From a virus (taxonomy: Duplodnaviria > Caudoviricetes): a stretch of DNA of 33,998 bases. Under the pieces are notes generated by a model. It ran no database searches and was not told where the DNA came from. It saw only the letters and a list, made by a program, of their open reading frames with translations. Shown here piece by piece: positions 16,621-25,895 of this stretch (the stretch's first letter is position 1; every line of letters begins with the position of its first letter). The DNA is taken from positions 1-33,998 of IMG/VR virus record IMGVR_UViG_3300031237_000022, one strand, 5' to 3'. Both the position numbers and the translations under genes were made by a program.

Positions 16621-17790
16621 TTAGCTGTTGATCTTGCTGGCGAAGTCGATCAGGTAGCGGTCGGTGATGCGTTGCCGCAGCGTGAGGTCTTCCAGCGGTG
16701 GCACCGGCGTGTAGTCGTAGTCCAAGAACAGCTTGCCGGCCTTGAGCGTGTCCTTATCGTTGGCATCTTCCGGATACCAGCACTTGCCGCCGATCAGGTA
16801 GCCCGCCGCGATCATTTCGCGGAACTTCGCGTTGACCCCTTCGATGATGTCGCGCACCAGGGAGGCATGCAGTGGCTTGTCCACAGCCCACATGTGCGCC
16901 TCGGCCATGGTGTCGGCCAGGATCTGCGCGGTACGGGTGTAGTTTTCGAAGGCAAACAGCGGGTCTTCGCTGGTGGTGCGGCTGCCCCAGAAGCGGAAGC
17001 CGCCCTCATTGATGAGCGTGGTGACTTCGTTACTGTTGAGGTAGTTGGCGTCAGTCGCCGGATTTTGCAGATCCCAGAACACGTCGGCGCTGATGCCGGT
17101 GACGCCGTTGACCTCGACGTTGGACAGCGTCTTGTGCCAGCCCACGTCCTGATCGATCTTGGCGCGCAGGCCCAATGCCCGGGCCACGGCCGAGGCGGTG
17201 ACGGTCGCGTTGGTAACGGTGCTCCAGTTCTGGAATTCCGGCCAGATGACCATGGCTTCGCGAGCGCCGAAGTTGTCACGGTAGGCGACCACCTCCTCCT
17301 TGGTTTTACAGCCCCAGGCGCTAACGTAGGCGAAGCCGCGCAACTGCTGAGCGATGGTGACCAGGGCGGTGGCAACCGGCAGGCTGTCGAGGCCTGGCAC
17401 ACCCAGGATGCGCGGCACCATGCCAACGCGGGCCTTGGCAGCGAGCAGGGCTTTCATGCCGGTGTATTTGCCCTCGGCCGTGGTGGTGCCGATCAGGGCG
17501 CTGGTGGTTTCTGCCTCGGTCTCGCCTTCTTTCACCCGCACGACGATGGTGTAGGGCTTGGTCTGGTCGGCGATGGCCTGAAGACTCTTCGCCAGGGTGC
17601 CCGTTGTGCCGGCTTTGCCGATGGCGGTTTGGACGTTGGTCAGCAGTACCGGTGTGTCGAACGGGAACGCGGTGGCATCAGCGTCGTCGGCCGTGCAGAC
17701 CATGCCGATAACAGCGGTGGGGATGGTGCGAATGGGGCGGGTGCCGTCGTTGAGTTCGATGACCCGCACGCCGTGAAGATAATCGGCCAT
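16621..17790 (-). CDS. gpFI: Tail sheath protein, P2 gpFI
   Basis: YLHGVRVIELNDGTRPI, PRILGVPGLD, GWHKTLSNV, GFRFWGSRT, DYDYTPVPPLEDL. Start trimmed to ATG 17790. Confidence 0.95.
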   Translation of the reverse strand: MADYLHGVRVIELNDGTRPIRTIPTAVIGMVCTADDADATAFPFDTPVLLTNVQTAIGKAGTTGTLAKSLQAIADQTKPYTIVVRVKEGETEAETTSALIGTTTAEGKYTGMKALLAAKARVGMVPRILGVPGLDSLPVATALVTIAQQLRGFAYVSAWGCKTKEEVVAYRDNFGAREAMVIWPEFQNWSTVTNATVTASAVARALGLRAKIDQDVGWHKTLSNVEVNGVTGISADVFWDLQNPATDANYLNSNEVTTLINEGGFRFWGSRTTSEDPLFAFENYTRTAQILADTMAEAHMWAVDKPLHASLVRDIIEGVNAKFREMIAAGYLIGGKCWYPEDANDKDTLKAGKLFLDYDYTPVPPLEDLTLRQRITDRYLIDFASKINS

Positions 17791-17831
17791 GGGTTTGCCT
17801 GCGCAGTGATTGGGATGACAGTGCACAGGCT

Positions 17832-17886
17832 GCCGCGCGCGCGCCGGTTGGGCGAGCGCGGGGGCTTGTAGGGGAGGGGGTTACAA
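17832..17886 (-). promoter_or_regulatory. Ogr-dependent late promoter of the F operon
   Basis: TTGTAG-N9-TTACAA at 17866-17886 plus GCCGCGCGCGCGCC at 17832-17845, upstream of FI; same dyad recurs before V and between O and P. Confidence 0.8.
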
Positions 17887-17901
17887 AGAGAAAAGCGGGT
17901 C

Positions 17902-18306
17902 TTATTGGGTCTGCTCAGCGATCCATGAAGGTGCGGTTGGTCGAAACTCAGCACCTGGGAATTCCCCTGTCTGAGGCCAGTCCCGAAGCGCCTGGCGATA
18001 GGTGAGCAGTTCTGAAAATTGCTCCGCTGTCAGGGAAGGGGCGCGGTTCAAATCCTGCTCATCTCGGTGGCGTGTGACTAGCCATTCAGTGGCTTGCAAC
18101 TCAGAGTTACGCCATACCCGCTCAGCATCGACCTGGTCGAGCGTGGGGCCCGCTGGCGGCGGGGTGAATTGACCATCATCTACAGTCCATCCAGGTTCTA
18201 CGTCAGAGGGGCAGGCTTGCCATATAAGATCAGGATGAAAGCGATCTTCGGGATCGATCGTAGTGATTTCAAACACCGTTCCATTTTCAGTTCTTGCCCA
18301 GAACAT
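17902..18306 (-). CDS. Tail fibre assembly chaperone (gpG position)
   Basis: ERVWRNSELQATEWLVTRHRDE...LLTYRQALRDWPQ..FP...RP.APSW; directly after the fibre gene. Confidence 0.85.
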   Translation of the reverse strand: MFWARTENGTVFEITTIDPEDRFHPDLIWQACPSDVEPGWTVDDGQFTPPPAGPTLDQVDAERVWRNSELQATEWLVTRHRDEQDLNRAPSLTAEQFSELLTYRQALRDWPQTGEFPGAEFRPTAPSWIAEQTQ

Positions 18307-18316
18307 ACGGTTCCCC

Positions 18317-20128
18317 TTAATAAGTGATGAAGACACAGCCATCGGCACCCGCCTGCGAACGATTACCGACGCGACCGCCCCCGCCCATTCCGGGTTGCGT
18401 CAACTGGGTGGTGTCAACGGCTGCGGAAATGCTCTCCCCGCCGCCGCCCGCGCCACCGTTCGCGCCAGTACCCGCTGAGTTACGTACAGGTGGGTTGCCT
18501 GAGCCCAGCATGCCGTTGAAGTCACCACCGGAGCCGTATCCACCTCCCGCGCCCCCGGTGACCAAGCCCCCCGCGCCACCTGTTGCCGAACTATGGGGAC
18601 CGAAAGAAGAGGTACCTCCCGGATTACCATTGGTGCTGGCGGCGGTTACGGAAGCGCCTCCCGCACCAACGGTTACCGTAATTACGGTGCCTGGCGTGAC
18701 AGGCACGAGTCGCTTGCTAAATCCACCTGCACCACCGCCGCCAGCGCCGGTTTCTAAAGTTCCAAAAGCACCGCTACCGCCACCACCACGCACTTCAACG
18801 AATACCTTCCACACGTTCGCGGGCACCGTCCACTGGTAAACCCCGGCAGTTTTGAACAATATTTTTGCGCGATAAGGCAGATGAACGGTTTGAGCAATTT
18901 CGTTCCATACCGGCGGCTCACCGGCGGAAACCTTGTGTCCGATATAGGCCCGCGTCGGACCGGATGCATTGAAATTGATAATCGCCAAGAAGGTTTTATA
19001 GCTGGCCGTAATGTAGCCACCGCTTACCAGAACCGTCATTGAAGTACCGCCGGCTACATTATTCTCCGGCGGCCCACCGATTGACGCTTCTGGATGTCCC
19101 TGAGTGAATGCCCGGTATAAACCCGGCGCGATATCTTTTGAAAAATCAGCAATCAAAGGAATCTTCGCAGCATCTGCGCCAAGCCCGAACTGAGCCATGA
19201 TGGCGCGTACTGCTGCCGACGTAGCGATCTGAGTGCTGTTGTCGGTACCTGCCACGGTCGGTGCCGTAGGCGTTCCAGTCAGGGCGGGGGAATTGATCGG
19301 TGCGTAGCCCTGCGTCACGTTTTGAAACGTCAATACCGTGGTGCCCAGGACAATCGTCCCGTCTGTTACCAGCTGCCACCGGGTATCGGCCTGGCTAGAG
19401 CCTTGTTCCACGGAAACCAGCAGCGCCGATGTCACCTCAGCGCTGCTGTCGGCATCTGGAGCGCGCTGCCAAGCAGATCCGGCCGCGAGGTAGATGCCGT
19501 TGTCCTTGGCAGCCGTCTGGTTCTTCACCAGCACCCGGTCGCCGGCCAGCAGCGTCACACCATCGACCACCTGCAATCCGGTCAAAGCGATGTTTCCCGT
19601 AGTCGCTACGCGCACCGACTGCTTACTGTCGAGCTTGTACAGCTCCTCACGAATTTTCGAATCCACATAGGTGCGAGTTGCCAGGACGACGCTCGGGTCG
19701 ATCTTCAATTCAACGTTAGCGGTGTTGCTGACGATTAGATTCATCCGCACCACCTGGGTACGGCCTGAACCTTGAGTCAGTAGCGGCTTGAAACTTGGGG
19801 CGCAGTTCGCCACGGCGACCAGGTCCCCGTCGGCGTCATATAGACCTACCTCACGAATCCACCAGCCACCGATGTTCTCTGGGATGACCTGTTCGGCGAC
19901 GATGATATTGGGATTGGCTGGGTCAACGTTGAGCTGATTCAAGGGGGCGCGGCGGCGCTCGTTGATCAAGTGCGTCTGTTGCTCGTTGGGGATCGGATCG
20001 GTGTCGTTGGCATCACCGACGCCCATCTGTGCGAACGTCCAGGGAACGCCCAGGGCGTCCGCGTTGGCCTGTTTGGCTTTGCCGATGGCGGTGAGGATGG
20101 CGAAAAACTGACTGTTCTGGTCTGTCAT
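18317..20128 (-). CDS. gpH: Tail fibre protein, P2 gpH-like
   Basis: N-terminal baseplate anchor (FFAILTAIGKAK...GGWWIREVGLYD...VELKIDPSVVLATR), GDRVLVKNQ domain, APINSPALTGTPTAPT motif, Gly-rich C-terminus. Confidence 0.92.
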   Translation of the reverse strand: MTDQNSQFFAILTAIGKAKQANADALGVPWTFAQMGVGDANDTDPIPNEQQTHLINERRRAPLNQLNVDPANPNIIVAEQVIPENIGGWWIREVGLYDADGDLVAVANCAPSFKPLLTQGSGRTQVVRMNLIVSNTANVELKIDPSVVLATRTYVDSKIREELYKLDSKQSVRVATTGNIALTGLQVVDGVTLLAGDRVLVKNQTAAKDNGIYLAAGSAWQRAPDADSSAEVTSALLVSVEQGSSQADTRWQLVTDGTIVLGTTVLTFQNVTQGYAPINSPALTGTPTAPTVAGTDNSTQIATSAAVRAIMAQFGLGADAAKIPLIADFSKDIAPGLYRAFTQGHPEASIGGPPENNVAGGTSMTVLVSGGYITASYKTFLAIINFNASGPTRAYIGHKVSAGEPPVWNEIAQTVHLPYRAKILFKTAGVYQWTVPANVWKVFVEVRGGGGSGAFGTLETGAGGGGAGGFSKRLVPVTPGTVITVTVGAGGASVTAASTNGNPGGTSSFGPHSSATGGAGGLVTGGAGGGYGSGGDFNGMLGSGNPPVRNSAGTGANGGAGGGGESISAAVDTTQLTQPGMGGGGRVGNRSQAGADGCVFITY

Positions 20129-20742
20129 GGGTAGATGTCCATGGTGTCGATCTGGTGTTCACGGCCGCCCTGGCGGATGTAGCCCGTGACCTCGATGTCT
20201 CGCTGTGTGGGTGGGTAGATATCAATCTCGTCACCTTCGGTAATGCAGGCGCCGATATGAACTGATCCGGTTGTTTCCAGGCTGATGGCGAGCCCGGTGA
20301 GGTGGCGTGTCAGGGGTTTGGCATCGTCGATCAGCCAGGTCAGTTCCTGGTACATCTCTTCAGTGATACCGGTGTCGAGCACGCCGACCTTGAGCCTGAA
20401 GGTGGCGCGAGGGCCGACCGGAACGGTCTGCCACCATTCGATGATTTCAATCAGGTAGCCGAGCGGTTCAACGACGCGGCGCAGTGAGCCGATGGTGCCC
20501 TTGCGTGAATGGATGTAATACGCACTGCGGATGGCGGCGCGCTTGGCCGCTTCGGTCCACTTGCTGTCCCAGCGATCCACGGAGAAGGCCCAGGCCAGGT
20601 AGGGCAAAAGGGGCAGCGGGCAAAGGTCGGGGCTGTACAGCGTTCGCAACGGAATCGGCACACGCTGGATCTGGGCCAGTGCCTGCGCCGCTTGGCGCTC
20701 CAACGACGTCGAATTGCTTGGGAGAAGGGGCGCGTCAGCCAT
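20125..20742 (-). CDS. gpI: Tail protein I, P2 gpI
   Basis: LLPSNSTSLER...CP..LLPYLAWAFSVDRWD...KGTIGSLRRVVEPLGY...AKPLTRHL. Confidence 0.95.
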   Translation of the reverse strand: MADAPLLPSNSTSLERQAAQALAQIQRVPIPLRTLYSPDLCPLPLLPYLAWAFSVDRWDSKWTEAAKRAAIRSAYYIHSRKGTIGSLRRVVEPLGYLIEIIEWWQTVPVGPRATFRLKVGVLDTGITEEMYQELTWLIDDAKPLTRHLTGLAISLETTGSVHIGACITEGDEIDIYPPTQRDIEVTGYIRQGGREHQIDTMDIYP

Positions 20743-21653
20743 TATTCAACCCCCAGCGCTAAATCGACGGCCGTGCAGTAGGGAGCCTGGTACTTCGTGG
20801 CAACGATGTCCGCCCAGTTCTCCAGCACGACCTTGCGCACGCCCTCAACGTGCAGCGAGGCGTGGATAATCGATTCCGAAACCTCCAAGCCCAGGCGGCG
20901 CCGTTGGTGTACGAAAGCCAGCAACTGCGCATTGGCCGCCGCGAGAATCAACTCGCTCTCAGGGCCGGACGTCGAGAGAAACAGCTTGGCCTTGACCTGG
21001 TAGTTGATGACCTCGGCACTTTGAACGGTGAGCCGATCCGCAACAGGGCGGCGGTCGTCGTCGTTGAGGTAGGCACTGACCTTTGCCAGCAGCGCGGGCG
21101 AGGCGGTGCCGTCACCCAGAATCGATTGCACCGTCACCACCGCCTCGGCCGGGGCTGGACTCTCGGCAGTGGCGTCGGCAACCTGGCCGTCGGCAGAGCG
21201 CGCATGAAAGATGTAGCTGTTGCGCGGACCGGCGGTGCTCAATCCTTCCCACGCCATTTGGGCCCGCTCCCGCAGGCTGTCGTCGCTTTCCATCAGCAAC
21301 GGAACCGGCGGCACGGCCGAGGGCTTGGCGGCTTGGACGATCAGGCGCTTGACGTTGAAGTTGCCGGCCAGGTTCTCCAGGTCGCTGCCCTTGGCGAGGG
21401 CCAGCATGTTGGCGACGGACGCCTCATTGACGCGCTGGCGCCACACCGTCTCGCGGTAGGCGTTCTCCTGGAGCAGTTTGGTCAGGGGCTCAGATTCCAG
21501 CTCAAGCCGTGCAGCGATCTCGGCTTGTTCCTCGACCGGCCAGAGGCCGATGGCGTAGGCCTTGCGCTCGGCGAGGATCTGCTCGTAATCGACCTGCTCA
21601 ACGACCTCGGGCGCGGGGAGCTGGCCCAGGTCAATCGCGACGAAGGAGTTCAT
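20742..21653 (-). CDS. gpJ: Baseplate assembly protein, P2 gpJ
   Basis: IDLGQLPAPEVVE...LESEPLTKLLQENAYRE...GLSTAGP...RPVADRLTVQSA. Confidence 0.95.
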   Translation of the reverse strand: MNSFVAIDLGQLPAPEVVEQVDYEQILAERKAYAIGLWPVEEQAEIAARLELESEPLTKLLQENAYRETVWRQRVNEASVANMLALAKGSDLENLAGNFNVKRLIVQAAKPSAVPPVPLLMESDDSLRERAQMAWEGLSTAGPRNSYIFHARSADGQVADATAESPAPAEAVVTVQSILGDGTASPALLAKVSAYLNDDDRRPVADRLTVQSAEVINYQVKAKLFLSTSGPESELILAAANAQLLAFVHQRRRLGLEVSESIIHASLHVEGVRKVVLENWADIVATKYQAPYCTAVDLALGVE

Positions 21654-21994
21654 GCACTACCCCCCAAATTTAGAGGCACGCTCAGGCTCAGCGGCTCGTT
21701 GCTATCGACGATGCTGCCCTCGATATCCAACGAGGATTGACCTTGCAGCGTGGCGCCCTGGAACTGCACGCGGCTCAGGCTGATACGCGGTTCCCAGCGC
21801 ATCAGCGCCATGACGGTGGCCGCGTACACCTGCAAGCGCGTGATGTCGTTGAACGGGTGGTCCACCAGTTCGGGCAACAGGCTGCCGTATTCGCGCCGCA
21901 TGACCCGGGTACCAATGCGCGTGGTGAGGATGTCGCTCATGGATTGAGCGATGCTTTCCTCGGTGGTGATGGCGGCGCCGGTGTGTCGATTCAT
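21650..21994 (-). CDS. gpW: Baseplate wedge protein, P2 gpW (gp25-like)
   Basis: QSMSDILTTRIGTRVMRREYGSLLPELVD.P...ALMRWEPRI. Confidence 0.95.
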   Translation of the reverse strand: MNRHTGAAITTEESIAQSMSDILTTRIGTRVMRREYGSLLPELVDHPFNDITRLQVYAATVMALMRWEPRISLSRVQFQGATLQGQSSLDIEGSIVDSNEPLSLSVPLNLGGSA

Positions 21995-22563
21995 TCCGGT
22001 TTCCCCGTCTTGCCGCTGCCAGGCATGACACCGCCGTGCGGGTGCTTTACCAGGCTGATGCCGGCTGCCACCACGTCTACCGAGACGGTGACCTTACCGG
22101 TGACGTTTTGGTTGCCGGTCTGGGTGTAATCGCCCTGATGCGTGATGTCGCCGACGATGTTGATGCCGCCGGTGCTGACCAGGTTGGTGGTGCCGCCATC
22201 AGTGAGCGTGGCGTTGAGGTGGTGAGCGACGCTGTCGTACTCGATCACCGTGCCGTCGCGGTAGGTGACGCGGTGCAGGCCTTCGCGGTCGCCGTTGGCG
22301 GGGATCTGGTCGCTGAAAAGCCCGGTCAAGGCGACGCCGTTGCCGAGCTGGCCCGAGGGGCTGAAGAGCAGAACCTGTTCATTGACAGTCGGTGGGTTCC
22401 ACTCCCGGTCGGCGCCCGCCCGCAGTGCGATCCACGGCAGCCAGGCAGTGGTCAGGGTTCCGGTTTTGACCTGCACACGCGGGGGTTGCATCTGGACGGC
22501 AGCGATGGTGCCGAAGCGGATGAGGTTTTCGATCAGGCGGGCGAGGGTGGCTAAGTCGTTCAT
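21991..22563 (-). CDS. gpV: Baseplate spike protein, P2 gpV
   Basis: RLIENLIRFGTI...WLPW...RAG...W.PP.V.EQV; C-terminal HxH iron motif (KHPHGGV). Start trimmed to ATG 22563. Confidence 0.95.
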   Translation of the reverse strand: MNDLATLARLIENLIRFGTIAAVQMQPPRVQVKTGTLTTAWLPWIALRAGADREWNPPTVNEQVLLFSPSGQLGNGVALTGLFSDQIPANGDREGLHRVTYRDGTVIEYDSVAHHLNATLTDGGTTNLVSTGGINIVGDITHQGDYTQTGNQNVTGKVTVSVDVVAAGISLVKHPHGGVMPGSGKTGKPE

Positions 22564-22577
22564 GGCGCCGATGGTGG

Positions 22578-22630
22578 CGCCACGCGTGCGTGAGCGCATT
22601 ATTACCGCTTTGTAGAACCCACCTTTACAG
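22578..22630 (-). promoter_or_regulatory. Ogr-dependent late promoter of the V operon
   Basis: TTGTAG-N9-TTACAG at 22610-22630 with a GC-alternating box (GCCACGCGTGCG) nearer the V start. Confidence 0.75.
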
Positions 22631-22689
22631 ATCGGGATAGCTTTATACTGCTCGTGTAACAGCCATCCCTCTCAAAGGAAAATGAACTC

Positions 22690-23376
22690 GTGGGGAAGAA
22701 AATTTCTACCGTGGCGAAAGACACGGCGAACAAACTGCCAATCACAGACTATGTGGAAGCATTATTAGACGTCCTTACCGATAATGAAGTGGCAAAAGAA
22801 GTTCCTGTGGTTTCTACAGCTTTGGCAATGTTTAGGGGGTATAAGCACTACAGGGCGGAAAAATTTCGAGAAAAGGTCCGAGAGTTTGTGTCTGCTGCGG
22901 GGGAATTTACGCAAGAAGAACTAGAAGCGTTTTCTGTGGTGCTAGAGGCTGAAGGAAAAAGCGAACAGTTTATAAACGAGCTTCTTGAAATAATAGAGCG
23001 AGCAGACTCCGAGCAAAAGGCCAAAATTTTTGGCGGTGTATTTCGTCGGCTTGTTAAATCGGAAATCAGCTACTTGCAATTTCAGGATCAGATTGTATTT
23101 ACGAAAAGCATGGTGTTGACAGATATATTCAATTTTGTACACGGGTATCATAATGGTGCCGTTTTGGATGGCGGCCTCGGTGATGTCCTTTTTATGCAGA
23201 GGATGGCAAGGCGGGATATTGAAGTTGTATCCAGAACTACAAATATGCTTGAGCAGGAAACAGAGCATCGGATAAAAACCACTTATACTCTTACAGGTGT
23301 TGGTACTTGCTACCTAACAACGCTGCATCAGGTCTTTGAGGACCGAATAGACCCTGATCATATTTATAAAAGATAA
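22690..23376 (+). CDS. Hypothetical moron protein (228 aa), opposite strand to the late genes
   Basis: AT-rich ORF filling the V-S gap; AAAGGA upstream; GTG start; predicted mostly helical. Confidence 0.85.
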   Translation: MGKKISTVAKDTANKLPITDYVEALLDVLTDNEVAKEVPVVSTALAMFRGYKHYRAEKFREKVREFVSAAGEFTQEELEAFSVVLEAEGKSEQFINELLEIIERADSEQKAKIFGGVFRRLVKSEISYLQFQDQIVFTKSMVLTDIFNFVHGYHNGAVLDGGLGDVLFMQRMARRDIEVVSRTTNMLEQETEHRIKTTYTLTGVGTCYLTTLHQVFEDRIDPDHIYKR

Positions 23377-23378
23377 TT

Positions 23379-23840
23379 TCAAAACTCTAAGAAGTGGGTG
23401 AGCAACCCATCCTTGATTATATCAAGGTCGGAATCGGTGAATCCCAAGACTTCTCGTTGCGCGTATTTCACATCGGGTGCCCCGCGCTCAGCACGATCTT
23501 TCAGACCGTACTGGTGCACCCGGGCGATGCGTGCGATTCGTCCCGTGAATCCGACACTTATGGCATTCCCATCACCTTGAACCTTCAAAAAACTCGCGGT
23601 GCGCAGCTTCTGAAACATCTGCACCTTCCGTTTCACTCGGCCTTGCTTCCCTCGCAGGTTGCGCTGCTTTCGCGGCGCGTATTTGCTGCCGTCCGGGTTG
23701 CGCTGGGCGATGATCCGCTGTTGCTGGCTGCGCCGCAGGACCTGGCCGATGATGCGGGCCAGTTTGTTGCGCGATGCCGGTTCCAGTTGTCCCAGCAGGC
23801 CGGCCGCCCAATCCTCCAGCGTTTCCAATCGGCTGGTCAT
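23379..23840 (-). CDS. gpS: Virion morphogenesis/tail completion protein, P2 gpS
   Basis: LRRSQQQRI.AQRNPDGS.YAPRK...MFQKLR...RIARVHQYGL...R.VLGF. Confidence 0.93.
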   Translation of the reverse strand: MTSRLETLEDWAAGLLGQLEPASRNKLARIIGQVLRRSQQQRIIAQRNPDGSKYAPRKQRNLRGKQGRVKRKVQMFQKLRTASFLKVQGDGNAISVGFTGRIARIARVHQYGLKDRAERGAPDVKYAQREVLGFTDSDLDIIKDGLLTHFLEF

Positions 23841-24313
23841 TGAGGCACGACCCATTCACTGCCGGTGCCTTGGGCGCCAGGTATCCACGCCGGGTCCAGG
23901 AACGCGGCCACCTGCTTAGGTTCGCCAGGATGGTGGACGGTGGTATTGCCGTTGGCGTCTTTCCCCACAACCACACGCTCGGTCAGCGGCAGTGTCAGGC
24001 TCAGGTCCACCTTGCTGTTGTCCAGGATGTCGGCTTCGAACTGGATGCCCTCGGCGGACTTGTTCAAGTTCTCCAGCAGCTCGGACTGGTTCACGCTCAG
24101 CCAGCCCAGCAACGGCAACATGACGCTGTCGGGGTGACCGGCGTAGTCGGTGAGGATGACCTGTAAATCAAAGCTGTATTCGAACGACAGCGAGGCAGCC
24201 GCGGTGCAGCGGATTTTGCCGTTGTCGATGAAGATCAGCAGCCGGTCGGGGTTGTGCTTGAGTTCGGCCACTGTGCTCAGCAGATGGGCCCGCAGGCTTT
24301 CGGGTTTGTTCAT
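23837..24313 (-). CDS. gpR: Tail completion protein, P2 gpR
   Basis: MNKPESLRAHL...NPDRLLIFIDNG...SLSFEY...FEADIL...DLSLTLPLTERV. Confidence 0.93.
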   Translation of the reverse strand: MNKPESLRAHLLSTVAELKHNPDRLLIFIDNGKIRCTAAASLSFEYSFDLQVILTDYAGHPDSVMLPLLGWLSVNQSELLENLNKSAEGIQFEADILDNSKVDLSLTLPLTERVVVGKDANGNTTVHHPGEPKQVAAFLDPAWIPGAQGTGSEWVVPQ

Positions 24314-24567
24314 GGGGCCGCCTGCTGATGGTTGAACACCATGTCTACCTGGCCGGCGCATTCAGCCCATGCGGCTTCGACGCGGTCCTGGTCGGTGAGC
24401 TGATCGCCGTTATTGAGTGGGCTTGTCGCCGGCAGCGTGCAGGGCACCACGGCCGGACAACCACTGACGATAAGCATCGGCGCCGGTGAGGGCGGGGCGC
24501 TCGCGCAGCCGGCGAGCAAGCTCAGGCAAAGGCTGGTCAGCCCAGTTGCGAAGGTCTTCGTTTTCAC
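24310..24567 (-). CDS. lysC: o-spanin (Rz1-like lipoprotein) LysC
   Basis: Lipobox LLAGC, Pro-rich linker, GCP.V.PC and AWAECA.QVD motifs; overlaps the 3' end of lysB. Confidence 0.88.
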   Translation of the reverse strand: MKTKTFATGLTSLCLSLLAGCASAPPSPAPMLIVSGCPAVVPCTLPATSPLNNGDQLTDQDRVEAAWAECAGQVDMVFNHQQAAP

Positions 24568-24853
24568 GTTTCAGCGCCTCAATGGTTTGCTCGCGCTTTG
24601 CCAGGCCCTGGCGCAGCTGATCCTGCTGGGTCCGCAGGGCGGCTTGGGCAACGCGTTCGGCGTTCAGGGTGGTTTGCAGGATGCTGAGATTGGCGCGCAG
24701 CCTGTCAGCTTCATCGCGGGCGATTTTGATGTCCTTCCCCGCCAGTTCGGTGTTCTTCTCGGCCACTGTGATGCGTTGTTCCTGGCCCCAGATGAGCAAT
24801 GCCAGGGCGCCCAGCAGGGCGATGCCGTACAGCGCCTGGCGCAGGGTACTCAT
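24410..24853 (-). CDS. lysB: i-spanin (Rz-like) LysB
   Basis: N-terminal TM helix, long coiled coil, LKRENEDLRNWADQPLP...RL..RP. Start trimmed to ATG 24853. Confidence 0.88.
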   Translation of the reverse strand: MSTLRQALYGIALLGALALLIWGQEQRITVAEKNTELAGKDIKIARDEADRLRANLSILQTTLNAERVAQAALRTQQDQLRQGLAKREQTIEALKRENEDLRNWADQPLPELARRLRERPALTGADAYRQWLSGRGALHAAGDKPTQ

Positions 24854-25056
24854 GCGCGGTACCAGCCCAGTTTGTTCATGTCGCCGACGTCCTTCAGCTC
24901 CACCGGACCTCGCACGATGACGACCCGGCAACCGGGTGTCATGTAGGCCAGGGCTTCGCACAGCAGCTCCATATCGGCTTGCTCAGTATTTTCCGGCACC
25001 ACCAACAGGTTGCCGTCCTGGACATCCAGTTTGCGCACCGCCTCCAGATCGATCAT
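24850..25056 (-). CDS. Small hypothetical protein in the lysis cassette (68 aa)
   Basis: ATGA overlaps with both the endolysin stop (25053-25056) and the lysB start (24850-24853), indicating translational coupling. Confidence 0.75.
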   Translation of the reverse strand: MIDLEAVRKLDVQDGNLLVVPENTEQADMELLCEALAYMTPGCRVVIVRGPVELKDVGDMNKLGWYRA

Positions 25057-25895
25057 GCCGCCACCGCCTGGCCGCAACCGCACTCAGCGTGCCGCTCATA
25101 GGCGCGCAGAAGCTTGATGTCGTACAGGTTCCGCTGGTAATCCGGGCCGTTGTAGAGCTTGGCGAATTCGGCCCATTTACGGCCTTTCAAGGCCTTGTGC
25201 AGCACCGGGTCGGTCTGGATGAAACGCACGAAGGCGGCGAACTGTTGAGACTCGCCTGCACTCATGTCCTCGACCAGCGCTTGCACACTGGCATAGCCCA
25301 GGCGCTGCCAGTGAAAGCCCATGATCTGGAACGCGCCCCAGGAAGCGGATTCCAGCGCGGCGGTGTCGTCGATCAGGCGCGCATGGCTCAGGCGTTGATG
25401 CTCAGCAGTGCCGCCGGCATAGCCGCCGGACTTCGGGTTGACGATGGCGGGATTGGCGGCGGCCAGTTGGTCGGCGTGGCGCTTGAGTTCGCCGGAGTTG
25501 TCGCCTTCGTGGCGCGGCGTGGCGAGCTGGCGGTACATGATGTGCCGTTCGAACAGAATCACCGGCTTGCCGTTCGCCAAAAAGCCTTTGCCCTTCGATT
25601 CAACCTCGTTGACGGCATAGACGCTAGCCAGCGGTACGTCGAGGATCTGTGCGGCCTGCACCAGGTCTTCGTTTCTCAACAGGAGCTGGCAGTCTCCGCC
25701 GGCCAGACTGGCCTGGGTCTTTTCGCCGGCAACGCCATCGGCGACCAAACCGACTTTCAACTGATATGCCCTTACGGCCGCTTCAGTGGAATCGCCATAG
25801 TCGCCGTCCACCACCAGCCCGGCGCCGTGGTCGTTCAGGTTCTTTTGCAGGATGCGCACCGCTTGCGAGCGGTCGCCGTGGCGAAGCGTCGTCAT
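25053..25895 (-). CDS. Modular endolysin: peptidoglycan-binding domain + N-acetylmuramidase (DUF3380-type)
   Basis: LRHGDR...VDGDYG..TEAAVRAYQ...GLVADGVAG..T; AVNEVESKG.GF, ILFERH, SASWGAFQIMGF, FAKLYNGP.Y. Confidence 0.93.
   Translation of the reverse strand: MTTLRHGDRSQAVRILQKNLNDHGAGLVVDGDYGDSTEAAVRAYQLKVGLVADGVAGEKTQASLAGGDCQLLLRNEDLVQAAQILDVPLASVYAVNEVESKGKGFLANGKPVILFERHIMYRQLATPRHEGDNSGELKRHADQLAAANPAIVNPKSGGYAGGTAEHQRLSHARLIDDTAALESASWGAFQIMGFHWQRLGYASVQALVEDMSAGESQQFAAFVRFIQTDPVLHKALKGRKWAEFAKLYNGPDYQRNLYDIKLLRAYERHAECGCGQAVAA

Noticed and set aside
16015-17871. 618-aa plus-strand ORF
   Set aside because: Antisense to the well-conserved FI and FII genes; a typical codon-bias shadow ORF with no domain signal.
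18317-18800. Gly-rich stretch as tandem repeat, collagen or DGR target
   Set aside because: No DNA-level repeat, no Gly-X-Y periodicity, and no reverse transcriptase or template repeat in the window.
22648-22662. CTG...CAG upstream of the V-S moron as a LexA box
   Set aside because: Spacer is 9 nt, not 10.
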